Below the pieces are notes generated by a model. The model ran no database searches and was not told the origin of the DNA. It worked only from the letters and a program-made list of their open reading frames with translations. The translations under genes were made by a program, and so were the position numbers. Source: Paraspadella gotoi (taxonomy: Eukaryota; Animalia; Chaetognatha). From it: DNA of 64,000 nt. Position 1 is the first letter of the stretch; each line of letters opens with the position of its first letter. Positions 47,465 to 61,414 of this stretch are shown piece by piece. The stretch spans positions 2,606,090-2,670,089 of the forward strand of contig CM119271.1 of assembly GCA_051294375.1 (NCBI GenBank), given 5' to 3'.

Positions 47465-48210
47465 AAAAAGACAGGAGCGCCTGTGAGCAAGAGTGAGAGA
47501 AACTTTTAAAAATTCAAATAAATGTGTCTTTTGGTTTTCTATTTTAAACTCTTTGCCACTCCTACGATTCCATAAAAACTTTATATGCAGTTTAATAACA
47601 GACCTTCCTACCCTTACACATTCCTACCCTCACAAATTCCATTTCAATCTATCTATTCAATTTTTAATAAATATAATATTTATTTATTTTAAAAAAACTT
47701 CAAGTAAATGTGACTTTTGTTTTTTCCCTTTAAAGTCATTTCCACTCGCAGGTTTCCATCAAAACTTTATATCCAGCTTCATCACACACTTTCCTAGCCA
47801 AACACAAAATTTAATCTCAATCTATCCATCCAATTATAATTAATTATAGTAAATTAGTAATTATGGGTTCAAATTAGTAAAAAGATTTAAGCAAATGTAT
47901 GTTTTTTCCATTTAAACTCATTTCCACTCGCACGATTCCATCGAAACTTTATATCCAGTTTATCCACACACTTTTCTAACCACACACATTCTAATCAATA
48001 CATCCAATCATGAGTAATTGGATTTTTTTTGCTACGGGGGACGGACAGACAGACAGACAGACGGACGCAGGGACGGATTGACATCATTTTTTTTTGCATA
48101 ATTTGTAATAATTCGATGTTCTGACATGATTTAAGTGAGTGCCCGACAAGATTTAGGGGGGGACCGACGAACCAACAAAATAGATTATAGAGTCGGGATC
48201 TGCTGAAAAT
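47465..48210 (+). mobile_element. HINE-like element with central ~186-bp tandem repeats (x ~2.6) and a (GACA/GGAC)n tract
   Basis: Units start at aaatgt ~47521, 47707 and 47893 (shared ccactc..cgattccat..aaactttatat.cag), followed by ggacagacagacagac 48039-48075 and TATAG near 48186. Confidence 0.55.
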
Positions 48211-48362
48211 ATATTATAGATATTATTTAAGTTGAATTTGAAGGCAGAATTAAAGGCGGAAATAAAGAAATACGGTAAAATGCGGTTTTCAATTTTTGAC
48301 TTCTATTTCAGAAAAAAAAAAAAAAAAAAAAATCAGAGAGAGACAATAAAAAGTGAAACTCT

Positions 48363-48692
48363 ATAGTGGACTAAAATCCACCAACCTATCGTCATTGTTA
48401 TCAGCCTGGTCCGAGGTTCAGGGACTGCTTATATTGGACGACTCTGTCACTAATTCTTTAAAGTATTACTTATGGTGGACTAAAATCCACCAACCGTTCA
48501 TCAGCGGCCATTGGTGCCGGATTCAAGTCATTCGCCTCCCCGGGTTCTAGCCCGGTGGCCGTCCTAGCAGTTAAGAGGGACGGGGCGCTTAACCCGCCTG
48601 TAACATGGTGTTATAGCCTGATCCGAAGCACAGGGACTGCCTATATTGAACGGTTCTATCACTAACACATTACAATAATTACTGTCTCTTCA
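48363..48692 (+). mobile_element. tRNA-derived SINE-like copies: internally deleted copy 48363-48453 and fuller copy 48471-48692
   Basis: Share gtggactaaaatccaccaacc and gggactgc(t/c)tatattg with 10098-10304. Confidence 0.7.
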
Positions 48693-50084
48693 TACTGTCT
48701 ATTCAACTCTCATAAGTAAAATTTTTGTCGAGAACAGAAATATGACATCATAAAAATATCGGTGTTGTACGGGCAGATGAATCACACCCTCACAAAATTT
48801 GGAAACGCCAGTCTGATACCAGAAAATGAGTATTGTAATTTGTCCCCGATATCACGCGTTCGAAGCCTGCCTTCATGCCTTTTTTAGTGTCAGGCCAGGG
48901 GCGATTTGGTTTTCGGGTCCTTTGCCATTTTTTCGGTGATCGTGAATATCAATTACCTTTCATCTCTATTCAATGACAGTCGACGAGAAATTTTTCGAGA
49001 ATGCAGAATAAAAGAGTTTTTTTGACATCATACAAAACATTTTTGTTTAACGCGCGTAAGTAAAATGTTTTTGTTTTTTTTTTGCTTAAATATTTATATA
49101 CCTACTTCATTGCTCTGGATTTAACTTTATAATTCCGGTGTATTGTCTCTTTTTCATATTCATCAAAGCAACACAAACAAACAGTGAAATACTAAATCAT
49201 ATCTTATACTCGTATAAAAAAAATCGGGTCTCTCTTTCCCCGTTTTTTTTCGCGAAATTTAATCAATGAGATCCGTTGTCGTCGCCCTAGTTGTGTTCGC
49301 TTAAATCTTTTCTATTTTTATTTTTCATAATCTATTTCGCGGCGAAAGTCCGAATTTTAAAACTTTGGCCGACAGATTCGGCTGCCAATGTTCGATGTTG
49401 GTTGCCCTCACCTAGTTTTTAATTTTTCGTTTAATTTTAAAGTTTTAAAATGATTTTAACAATTTTTTCGATGGGAAGCTTTTTTCGATCCAAGTTGAAA
49501 TAAAATTGGGAAAAAGAGAAATATATAAATATATAAATTGTGAAGAGAATATTCATTTTGTTTAAAATAAAATACTCTAAAATCATTTGCATTTTGCAGT
49601 ACTTCATATTTTGGATAAGTTAGCTAAAATTTTATGTCACTGGTAATGGATATTATCATTAGCCATAGAAGTAATACTGTATTTGCTGTTAATATATATT
49701 GTTGAAAGAATTAATTTGCATACAGTTATATAGTAAGATTTCTATTTTTCCTATACTTCATTTAAGCAGCTTTTCTGCTTCTAGGAATGAACTACAAATA
49801 AAAAAAATTTTCTGATGACTTTTTCCACCGAAAGTCAGCCAACGAAAGTTCCGAGACATTCTGCCTTGCCCAGTTTCTCGAGATTTATTATTTGCGGGAA
49901 AGCATAGCTTTCCAATTCTACTCTTCTATGATTAAGACTACGAATAAGAATAAATACACAGTACTGCTATTCGAAAGCTAATGGGGAAATCATTATAGTA
50001 ATTTTGTAAACAAATTCCCCCCCCCCAAAAAAAAAATATATATTTGTTCAGTCGGAACTTCTCCTCTTCCAAAGCCACCAAGAA

Positions 50085-52311
50085 ATGGCGACGTCGAATC
50101 TCTTCGCGCGCATTTCTGAGAAATGCCGATCCCGTTGTTGTTGTTTTCCCGACAACGAAACGGAAAGAATGAGCAACGGTCAAGCGAAAAAGACAAAAGC
50201 GCAACTCGTGAGACTCGCGATGACTGTTTGCGGGATCGAATTTTGTTACGCGGCTGAAACAGGTTTGAAGCGCTCGTAATGCAAAGTAAATTATGATAAT
50301 CATCATTTAATGTAATGAAATTCAGTTTGGAGGACTGACGGTCGACAAATGGTCAAAAATCAAATCCATATTTTTTAATTTGTAATACTTGTAGAGGGCA
50401 TTGCCATGGTTCAATAGACTTTGTTGCTCGAGGCGTGACCCAGTAGCTCATTGAGTAAAGCTATCCGGCTCATGACCACCTTGTACCTGGTTCTATCACC
50501 AACCCCGAAGCGTGAGAACGGCCGTAAACAGCCACTGGGGGCGTAACGACCCGCCATAACCTTAAATAAAAATCCAGGACCAGTTCCATCTCGGTAATGG
50601 AAATCTTCTTCAGCCAATTCACTTAGCGCCTTATCAACAAATACGATGGCTCTTTTACCATCCCCTTTTAACTCATACCTTTTCCTCCCCTTCCAACCAA
50701 CCCCCGACCCCTCAAAAAGCCTTCGTCAGCCCCATCCTCCTCAATCTGGGCGTGCCCGTCTACCTCATGACCCTCGTCTGGTGTCTCTCCCCGATCCTCG
50801 GCTTCTTCCTCGGCCCGATCCTCGGGTCCCTCAGCGACAACTGCCGACTTCGACTCGGTCGCCGACGGCCTTTCATCCTCCTCTTCTCAGTCGGAATCTT
50901 GACCGGGCTCATCCTCGTGCCGCGAGGGGCGTGGTTCGGGGAACTGCTGGGCGACGCTCCACCCTCCAACGTCGCCGCCCCGTCGGGCTCATCCAACGTC
51001 AACACCTCCGCTCCAGCAGCGTCAGCGCCGCATTCCGGCCACTGGCGTCATTGGGGCACGGCTCTCACAATCGTCGGCGTAATGCTGTTGGATTTTTGCT
51101 GCGACGGCTGCCAATCCCCCAGCCGCTCGTACCTTCTCGACACGACCGCACCGGAAGAGCAGGCCGAAGGCCTCTCTACCTTCACCATCATGGCTGGACT
51201 CGGCGGCGCCGTCGGCTACGTCATCGGCGGCGTCGATTGGGAATCGACGGGCATTTTCGAAGGAGCCAACGCGGACGAGCCCATCGGCGGTCACGTGTTT
51301 CTGCTGGTGCTGTTCGCCTATTTGGCTTGTTTGGTGGCGACAGTGACGGCTCAAAAGGAGATTTCGCTGCGGAAGATGGAGGAGGATGATGGAGAAATGA
51401 TGCGGCTGTTGAAGGACGTTTCCGACAAAGAATCCGGCGACGGAGCGACGCCCGAAGAAATGCTTGATGAATCCTACGGAGGACGGAACATCGGCTACGA
51501 TTTTCTCGGCGAAGGTACGAAGGAGAGCGACCAAGAAAAGAAAAACGCCGCTGTAGACTCCGCCGCCGACGCCGCAGCCGCCGCAGCCGACACCAGCCTC
51601 AAAACTTACCTTCTCAGCATCGTCCGCCTCCCGCGATCGATGTGCGTTCTCTGCTTGACCAACCTCTTCTCCTGGATGTCGCTCGTCAGCTACAGTCTCT
51701 ACTTTACCGACTTTGTCGGTCAGTCGGTCTTCGGCGGCGATCCCAACGCCCCGCGGCACAGTCCCGCCCACGACGCCTACGAAAATGGCGTCCGGACGGG
51801 CTCCTTCGCAATGGGCCTTTACTCCATTTCCTGCTCCATCTACTCGTCTCGTCTGGAGGGCCTCATCGGCAAATTCGGCGCCAAGCGCCTCTACGTCGGC
51901 GGACATTTGATCTACTCGGCTGGAGCAGCGATCATGGCGCTGCTGCCGTACGCTCCCGCGGCGTTCCTGCTGTCCCCGACGGCGGGAATCATGTACGGGA
52001 CTCTTTTCACGATGCCTTACATCTTGTTGTCGAATTATCACGCGAAAGGAGTCTTCGAAGAGCGGAAAGAGAAGGCGGATTCCGGCGCTGCCGCCGATTC
52101 CGCGGCCGACGCCGCGGGTCCGAAACGCGGCGTCGGAACCGACGTGGCGCTCGTCTCTTCCATGGTCTTCGTCGCTCAGTTCCTTCTCTCGGGATTTATG
52201 GGCGTGGCCGTTCACGTGACCGGAAGTACGAGAACGGTGATGGGCGTGGCTTCCGTCTGCGCCGCGATGGGATCCATTTGCGCAATGAGGGTTTTGTATT
52301 TGGATTTGTGA
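50085..52311 (+). CDS. SLC45: SLC45-family (MATP/proton-associated sugar transporter-like) MFS protein, ~589 aa; exons 50085-50262 and 50720-52311
   Basis: GIEFCYAAETA-FVSPILL across a phase-1 GT-AG intron; WCLSPILGFFLGP, SDNCRLRLGRRRPFI, LLDFCCD, YFTDFVGQSVFGGDP and RGVGTD motifs are typical of SLC45. Specific paralog not assignable. Confidence 0.93.
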
Positions 52312-52871
52312 ATCGATAAAAAAATATACATACAAACAAACAAACATGTATGTATGTAAACTGTTTCTGTTTCTTTAAACTATCTGTAAACTAAAAGATC
52401 TGTCAGTTTGTCTGTTTGATTCATTGACTCTCTTTCAATATAGTAGGTAGTTCATTTGCTCTTATCTCTCGTCCGATTTTGTTACTTTGTTTGTTCTCTG
52501 ACTTTGTATTGTAACTTTAGCTAAGGCTCAAGCCCACATATTGAAAAATCTAAATTTTTCTACAACAAAATTAAGTTAACTTTTCTATATCAAGTTGCTC
52601 AATAATGACCAATGGCCCATGCTAAAAATCGTTTGCCCTTTATTTCGGCGATGTTTTTGAATCGGACGGATCTGCTCCTTTGTAAAATTGTAAAAATTTA
52701 GCTCGAATTTTATAAAACACAAACAAGATGAAACGTCAACGTCAAAGTTTGATAATTTAGTTAATATACGAAATCCCTTGTTTATATTAAACCTCAAAAG
52801 TCTAGACTACTATTTATACTAATTACATTATGTTTTCTTTCAAAACGACGACGGAAAGTGGGGTCTAATGA

Positions 52872-53245
52872 AAGTGCTTCCTCAGTGCTTTCTCAGTTCT
52901 TCCCTCCATCCTGCTTTGTCAGCTGTTCTCAAGTGCTTCCTCAGTTCTTCTCATTGCTTTGTCAGTGCTTCCTCAGTGCTTCGTCAGTTCTCTCCTCAAT
53001 TTGCTTTATCATTGCTTCTCAGTGCTTCCTCAGTGCTTCCTCATTGCTTGAGAGTGCTTCCTCAAGTGCTTCTCAGTGCTCTCATGTTGCGTGTCCCAGT
53101 CTTATCCATTGCTTTGTCAGTGCTTCCTCAAGTGCTTCCTCGAGTTCTTCCTTCATTGCTTTGTCAGTGCTTCCTCAAGTGCTTCCTCAGTGCTTTCTCA
53201 GTACTTCCTCAGTGCTTCCTCAGTGCCTCCTCAGTACTTCCTCTC
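52872..53245. repeat. Degenerate ~11-bp minisatellite (CAGTGCTTCCT)n
   Basis: Recurrent cagtgcttcct/cagtgctttct units; also present in the duplicate at ~58600-58915. Confidence 0.85.
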
Positions 53246-53433
53246 ACGCTGCCCTCAGCCGCCGGAAATTTGATTTTTTTTCGCTTTTGTGACACCATTT
53301 TGTCTCTTTCTCATTTTTAATACTCAACCTTTTTTTTTCTTTCCTCACCATCATCTATTTATGCTATTTTGATGGCGCCTTTCCCCTCATCCTACCTCCT
53401 TTGGCTTCTCGAGAATATGAGGCCAAAGAAATG

Positions 53434-53484
<51 letters not shown>

Positions 53485-53606
53485 CGAGAGAAGAAACAAT
53501 GAAAGTAAAAACAAGGAGAAAAAAATGAAATAAAGACAGAAAGAAAGAAATAATAAGAATAAAAAAGAAAGGCAAAGAAAAAAGAATGAAACAGAAAAAA
53601 AGGAAT

Positions 53607-53641
<35 letters not shown>

Positions 53642-55761
53642 GTGAAAGAAAGAAAGAAAGACCGACCGTTCTACGCCCTCGCACATATTCATATTCAGGC
53701 GGAAACCGTATTACCAATATTAAGTTCAACCACGTCGATGTTTGCTTTTCTTCGAATTGAGTTTTCCTTTCTCTGTTGTGTTGATAGGAAAAGGAGGAGA
53801 ACGGAGGGAAGTGGGAGAACGAGGAGAATTGGAAGAACCGGGAGAACGAGGGTCGAAAACAGAGATAAAATAAAGACGGAAAGAAAAATTGAACAAACGT
53901 AAAGAATAACTATGTCTATTATCTAATGTCTAAAAGAAGAGTAGATGCGGTTTTCATTTTTGACTTCTATTTCAGAAAAAAACAAAAACCAAATCAGAGA
54001 GAGACAATTAAAGTGAAACTCTATATGTGGATCTAAAAATTCCACCAACCTATTCGTCATGTTATCAGCCCGGTCCGAGGTTCAGGGACTGCTTATATTG
54101 GAAAGACTCTGTCACAATCGTTAAAAGTATTACTTAGGTGGACTAAAACCTCCAACCGTTCACAGCGGCCATTGTGCGGTATGCAAGTCATTCGCCTCCC
54201 AACTAAAGATCCGGGGTTTCTAGCCCGGTGGCCGTCCAGTATCGCAGTTAAGTAGGGACGGGCGGTTAACCCGCCGCTGTAATCGTGTAACAGCCTGATC
54301 CGAAGCTCAGGACTGCTTATATTGACGTTTCTATCACTAACAACAATACAATAATTACTGTCTCTTCATACTGTCTTATTCAACTCTCAATATGAGAAAT
54401 TTTTGGCGAGAAATGAGAATATACCTTCATAAAAATATGGTTGTTGTACGGGCAACTGAATCTGACATCCTCACAAATTTGGAAGCCCAGTCTGATAGCC
54501 TGAAAATGAGTATGTAATTTTCCGGATTCACCGTTTCGAAGCCTGCCTCATGCCTTTTTAGTGTTCAGGAGCCAGGGGCGATTTGGTTCGGGTCTTTGCC
54601 ATTTTTTCGGGTAGATTCCGTGAATATCAATTAACCTTTCCATCTCTATTCAATGACAGTCGACGAAGAATTTTCGAGAATTGCAGAAAAAAAAGAGTTT
54701 TTTGAACTCATACAAACATTTGTTTAACGCGCGTAATGTAAAAAATTATGTTTTTTTTTTTTGCTTAAATATTTTAATACCTACTTCATTGCTTCTGGCA
54801 TTACTTTATAATTCCGGTGTATTGTCTCTTTTTCCATATTCATCAAAGCAACACAAACAAACAGTAAATCTAAATCATATCTTATATCGTAAAAAAAAAA
54901 TCGGGTCTCTCTTTCCCCGTTGTTTTTCGGCGAAATTTAATCAATGAAATCCGTTGTCGTCGCCCTATTTGTGTTCGCTTAAATCTTTTCTATTTTATTT
55001 TTTCATAATCTATTTCGCGGCGAAATCCGAATTTTAGAAAGACTTTGGCCCCGACAGATTCGCTGGCAATGTTCGATGTGGTTGCCTCACTCTAATTTAA
55101 TTTTTCGTTTAATTTAAAGTTTTTAAAATGATTTTAACAATTTTTCGATATGGAACTTTTTCGATTCCAAGTTGAAATTAAATTGGGAAAAGAGAAATAT
55201 AAATATATAAATTGGTGAAGAGAATATTCATTTTGTTTAAAATAAAATACTACTAAAATCATCTTGCATTTTGCAAGACTTCATATTTTGGATAGTTAGC
55301 TAAAAATTTTAATGTCAACTGGTAATTGGATTTATCATTAGCCATAGAAGTAATACTGTATTTGCTGTTAATAATATAATTGTAGAAAGAATAATGTGCA
55401 TACAGTTATATAGTTTAAGATTTTCTATTTTACTATACTTCTTTAAGCAGCTTTTCGCTTCTAGGAATGAACTTACAAATAAAAAAAATTCTGAGACTTT
55501 TTCCAACCAAAAGTCAGCCAACGAAAGTTCCGAGTGGCATTCTGCGTGCCAGTTCTCGAGATTTATTAATTTGCGGGAAAGCAGAGCTTTCCAATTCTAC
55601 TCTTTCCCATGATTAAACTACGAATAAGAATAAATACACAGTACTGCCTATTGTGAAGCTAATGGGGAAGATCATTATAGTAATTTGTAAACAAATTCCC
55701 CCCCCCCAAAATAAAAATATATTGTTCAGTCGATACTTCTCTTCCATGATGCCACCAAGAA

Positions 55762-57980
55762 ATGGCGACGTCGAATCTTTCGCGGCATCTTCGAGAAATG
55801 CCCGATCCGTTGTTGTTGTTTTCCCGCGACCAGACGAAAGCGGAAAGAATGAGCAGGGGCGGTCAAGGCGAAAAGACAAAACGCAACTCGTCAGAATCGC
55901 GATGACCTTTGCGGATGAAGTTTGTTAGCGCTGAAACCAGGTTTGAAGCGCTGACGTATGCAAAGTAGAATATGATAATCATCATTTAAATGTAAGAATT
56001 CAGTTTGGAGGACTGACGGTCGACAAATGGCAAAAATCAAATCTCATATTTTTTTATTGTAATACTCATCTGAGTAAAGCTATCCGGCTCATGACCCCTG
56101 GTCTCTATCACCAACCCCGAAAGCGTGTGACGGCCGCGTAAACAGCCACTGGGCGTAAGCGACCCCGCATAACAAACCTAAATAAAAATCCAGACCAGTT
56201 CCATCACGCGAATGGAAATCTTCTTCGGCCAAATTCCATATGCGCCTTATCAACAAATACGATGGCTTTTTACCATCACCTTTAACTCATAACCTTTTTC
56301 TCCCCTACCAGACCCAAACCCCCGACCCTCAAAAAAGCCTTCGTCAGCCCCATCCTCCTAATCTGCGTCCCGTCTACCTCATGCGACCCCGTCGGTGTCT
56401 CTCCGATCCCGCTTCTTGCCTCGGCCGATTTCGGATCTCTCACGACAACTGCCGCTTCGACTCGGTCGCCAGACGGCCTTTATCCTCCTTCTCAGTCGAA
56501 TCTTGACCGGGCTCTCCTCGTTGCCGCGAGGTGGCGTGGTTCGGGAACTGTGCTGGCGAACGCTCACCCTCCAACGTCGCCGCGCGTCGGGCTCAGCAAC
56601 GTCAACAACCCGCTCCAGCAGCGTCAGCGCACGGCATCCGGCCCACTGGCGTCATTGGGGCAATTACGGCTCTCACAATCGCCGGCGTAATGCTTGTTGG
56701 ATTTTTGCTGCGACGGCTGCAATCCCACCAGCCGCGCTCCGTACCTTCTTCGACACGACCGCAACGCGGAGAAAGCAGCCGAAGGCCCTACCTCCTTCAC
56801 CATCATGCTGGTACTCGGCGGCGCCGTCGGCTACGTCATCGCGGCGTCGATTGGGAACGGAACGGCATCTTTTAGAAGTGAGCGCAACGCGCGAGGCTCA
56901 TCGGCGGTCACGTGTTTGCTGGCTGGTGCTGTTCGCATTTGGCTTGTTTTGGTGGCGACACGTGACGGCCAGAAAGGAGGTTTCGCTGCGGAAGATGGAG
57001 GAGCATGATGGAGAAATGATGGCGGCTGTTAAGGACGTTTTCCGACAAAGAAGTCCGGCGACGGAGGACGACCCCGAAGAATGCTTGTGAATCTACGGAG
57101 GACGGGAACAATCGGCTAACGGTTTCTCGGCGAAGGTACGAAGGAAGAGCGACACAGAAAAAAAAAAAACGCGCCTGTAGACTCCGCCGCGACGCCGCAG
57201 CCCGCCGCGTCTCCGACAACCAGCCTCAAAACCTTACCTTCTCAGCATCGTCCGCCTCCGCGATCGGATGTGCGTTCTCTGCTTGCACCAAACGCTCTTC
57301 TCCTGGATGTCGCTCGTTCGAAACAGTCTCTCATACTTTAGCCTAGACTTTGTGTCAGTTCCCCCCCCGCCGTTTTATTCTTTCTTGCGGCGATCCAACG
57401 CCCCGCGGCACAGTCCCGGCCACGAGCCTACGAAAAATGGCGTCGCGGACGGGCTGCTCTCGCAAATGGCCTTTACTCCCATTTTCGCTGCTGCCATCTA
57501 CTATCGTCTCGTCCTGGAGGGCGCCTCATCGGCAAATGTTGGCGCCAAGCGCCCTCTAGGTCTGGCGCGACATTTGATCTACTCGGCTGGAGCAGCGGAT
57601 CATGGCGCTGGCTGCCGTAGCGCTCCCGCGGCGTTCCTGCCTGTCCCGACGGCGGGAATCATGTACGGGACTTCTTTTCAACGATGCTTGACATCTTGTT
57701 GTCGAATTATACGCGAAAGGAGTCTTGAAGAAGCGGAAAGAGAAGGCGATTCCGGCGCTGCGCCGATTCCGCGGCCGACGGCCGCGGGTCCGAAACGCCG
57801 GCGTCGGAACCGACGCTGCGCTCGCTCTTCCATGGTCTTTCGTCGCTCAGTTCCTCTCTGTCGGATTATGGGTGGCCCGTTCAGTGACCGAAGTAGCGAT
57901 GAACTCGGGATGGGCGTGCTCTCCTCTGCGCCGCGATGGATCCATTTGCCGCAATGAGGGTTTTGTATTTGGATTTGTGA
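55762..57980 (+). pseudogene. Frameshifted SLC45 copy (apparent pseudogene, more likely an unpolished allele)
   Basis: Same exon/intron layout as 50085-52311; fragments such as MLDFCCDGC and PTAGIMYGT appear in shifting frames. Confidence 0.6.
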
Positions 57981-59007
57981 ATCATAAAAATAACATACAA
58001 CCAGCATAACATGTAAGTATGGTAAAACTGTTTCTGTTTCTTTAAACTATCTGAAACTAAAAGATCTGTCAGTTTGTTCTGTTTGATTTCATTGATGCTC
58101 TTTCAATATATAGGTAGTTCATTGCTCTAATCTACTCGTGCCGATTTTTGTTACTTTGTTGTTCTCTGACTTTGTCATTGCGTAACTTTAGCAGCTAAGG
58201 CTCAGCCGACATATTAAAAAGTACTAAATTTTTCTAGACAACAAAATTAAGTTTAACTTTTCTATAATCAAGTTGCTCATTAATGACCAATGGCCCATGC
58301 TATAAAATATCGTTTGCCGCTTTATTTCGGCGATGTTTTTGATCGGGACGGATCTGCTCCTTGTAATAATTGTAAAAATTTAGCTCGAATTTTATAAAAC
58401 ACAACAAGATGAAACGTCAACGTCAAAGTTTGAAATTTAGTAATATACGAAATCCCTTGTTTATATTTAAACCTCAAAATGTCTAGACTACAATTTTGAT
58501 ACTATTTACATTATGTTTTCTTCAAAACGACGAATCGGAAAGGGGCGTCTAATGAAAGGTCCTGTCTTTCTCAACTCCCCATCCTGTTGCTAGCTGTCTC
58601 TCAAGTGCTCCATCTATCATTGCTTTGAGTGCTGCTCGCTTCGTCTCTTCTCAATTTCTTTCTCTCAGTGCTTCCTCATGCTTTGTCCTCAGCTCCTCGA
58701 AGTGCTTCCTCAAGTGACTTTGCTCAGTGCTTCCGTCAATTGCTTGGTCAGTGCTCTCAAGTGCTTCCTCAGTCTCCTTCATTGCTTTGTCAAGTGCTTT
58801 CCTCATGCCTTCCTCAGTGCTTCCATCTTCATCCAGTGCTTTGTCAGTGGCTTCTCATTGCTTTGGTCATGCCTTCCTCGTGCTTCTCTCAGTGCTTTCC
58901 TCAGTACTTCCTCTCCACGCTGCCCTCGCAGCCCCGGAAATTTGATTTTTTCCCTTTGGTGACAACATTTGTTTCTTTCTTATTTTAATACTCACCTTTT
59001 TTTCTTC

Positions 59008-61230
59008 GACATCCAAATGAAAAATAACGTGGCGAAACGGTCGTGCTGAATTTGTCCCTTTAAAAATCGTTTCTGAGCCAAATTAATTGATCACTACTTT
59101 GGTAATGTCGATATACAGCTACTGACATATCTGTACTACCATAACCCCTTGACCATCCAACAAAAAGTTAACTAATTCAAAAATAGTAAAAAGCATGTAG
59201 CAATATAGCTTCAAAACGCTTAACAAAATTTTTAGACCATGCTTTTTATAAATGCAATAAAAAATATTAATATTATTAAAATTACAAAATTTAACGATAA
59301 CCTAAGATAGTTACGAGACCAGATGAGTATTTTTACTCATCATTTCCTCAATTATATGAATCCATTTGTTGTAATTAGTCAATTATCTAAATAAAATATG
59401 ACAAATTCATTTTCAATTTTCTTTATGGAATGGGAAGTTTTATTCTCTGCTTACTCCCCTTCGTGTCTAATTATTTAATATTTTAAAGGTAGTTTCAAAA
59501 ACCTTATACAATTACTATATTTTTCAAATCTTAAACAAAACAAACATCATAAAACATTTTAAAATTAAATAAAAAAAATGCATTGAATATTTTGGAAAAA
59601 AATATTTTGAAACTTGAGAACAATGGATAGATCAGGAAAAAAATTTTCGGCAATTTCTAAGAAATAATGCTACCTCTAGCCTTTTCAGTTTTTCTAGAGG
59701 CTGATTTTTTTATTTTTTGATATTTAATTTTTTTATCAAAACCATTATTCTCAAAAGACAAGCATAGGCGGATTGAAATTTTCCCAACAATTTGAAAATT
59801 TCAACTTTTTTTAAATTAGGCTTTTTGGAAATAATAAATAATTAATTATACGATGGTACATCTAAAGTGATAAATGTCCTAAAGTGACAAAAAAAATTTT
59901 TCAGTTCTTATTTTGAAATATTAAGAATTGTACAACAGAAATAAGATGAGAGTACTCCGCTTTGCGAAATTTTTATTTAAACAAAGAATTTGTACTGCGT
60001 AATTTAAAGAAACATTATTTTTTTAAAAATATCTTTTGAAAGAAAAGGAGGTCAGAAGGTGTGATGTGGGTAATCAAATGAAAAGCCCTAAGTCATGGGA
60101 CACCTTCTAAAAGAGTTTAATTATATTAAATCCATAAATCTTTACACAATTTTGTTTAAATCAAGAGTTAAAAGTATAGACAGTTTTTGCTTTAAAAATT
60201 TCAATGAAGAACCATATGAATATTTTTTCTTTTCTTTGTATTTGAAAAAGGAAAGACTGAACATTACATTTTTGTTTATTATTAAATTTTTTTTATTCCA
60301 TAAGAATGCCTTATATTTTTCAGTTAAAGTAAAAACAACAAGCAAAAAATTTTATGTTTGTAGCTGATAAAATATATTTTAAATATTAAAAATGATAATA
60401 CAAAAATTTTTCAGCTTGAATATAAACAGTCTGGACTCTACGCTTCTGTCTGTAAAAAAAAGATGTCGTCATTTTCATTATCTTAACTGCAAACTAAAAC
60501 TGACACATTCTGCTTGTTTATCAGTATTAAGTTGTAAAAAATATAATAGATGCTACATAGTGACAAAGCAAAACATCATTGTGTAATTTGTAATTGTAAT
60601 TTTTTTTAAATATAGCAAGGAATTTAATTTTATTATTTTAATCATCCATTTAATAAAAAAAAATTTTTCTCGTAATAGCCCATTGGAAAGGTTCATGACT
60701 GACTTAATGATGAAATTTTTTAGATTTCTTTTTTACTGTCCCATTTCACCAAGATATTAAAATCATGTATCATGTCGAATAAAGTCCAGATTATCTGTAC
60801 CCTTCTGCAACCTGCATTCCAATTTTCTTTTTTTTTTCCCCTTTCAAAATGTATTAAATAAAAAAATTATTGAGAGAACAATCGCGTGAGGATGCATTGG
60901 TAAGCCTATACCCCACTTCCGACGAATTTTTAAATGAGTTTTTTTCATTCTATTTGAGACATAACACTAACTATTAGACTATTATTTTTTTTATTTTTTT
61001 CTATTACAATTCTATGAATAGATATGAATAATAATTTTTTTAAAAATTTATCATCTTTCACCCTATGTTTCATCATATCAAAAAAAAGCAAAAAAAAGAT
61101 TTTTGCATTGATTTTTTGATATCAGCATATGAAACTATAAAGTTTCAAAAATAAAAAGAAAATATATAATATTGAACAGTGAATTTTTTTTATGGGCACG
61201 GAAACAGTACCGTTACGCCATTTTCATGTG
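59008..61230. mobile_element. ~2.2 kb AT-rich insertion with imperfect TIRs, present only in the second copy
   Basis: Copy 1 reads ...ttttct|ttcctcaccatcatcta contiguously at ~53340; copy 2 is split at this point. Left atgaaaa..tggcgaaacggt pairs with right accgttacgccattttcatgtg. No ORF recognised. Confidence 0.65.
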
Positions 61231-61373
61231 TTTTCCTCACCATCATCTATTATGCTATTTTGATGGCGCTTTCCCTCATCCTCTACTTTGGCTTTTCGAG
61301 AAAAGAGGCCAAATAATGAAGACTGCTGGATGAGAGAGAAGAGAGAGAGAAGAGAAGAGAGAGGACAGAGAGA

Positions 61374-61414
<41 letters not shown>

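Noticed and set aside
51022-52347. 441-aa antisense ORF and other overlapping ORFs on SLC45 and GPCR exons
   Set aside because: Shadow ORFs of GC-rich coding sequence with no motifs.
52858-53320. Cys/Ser-rich ORFs open in several frames
   Set aside because: Translation of the 11-bp minisatellite.
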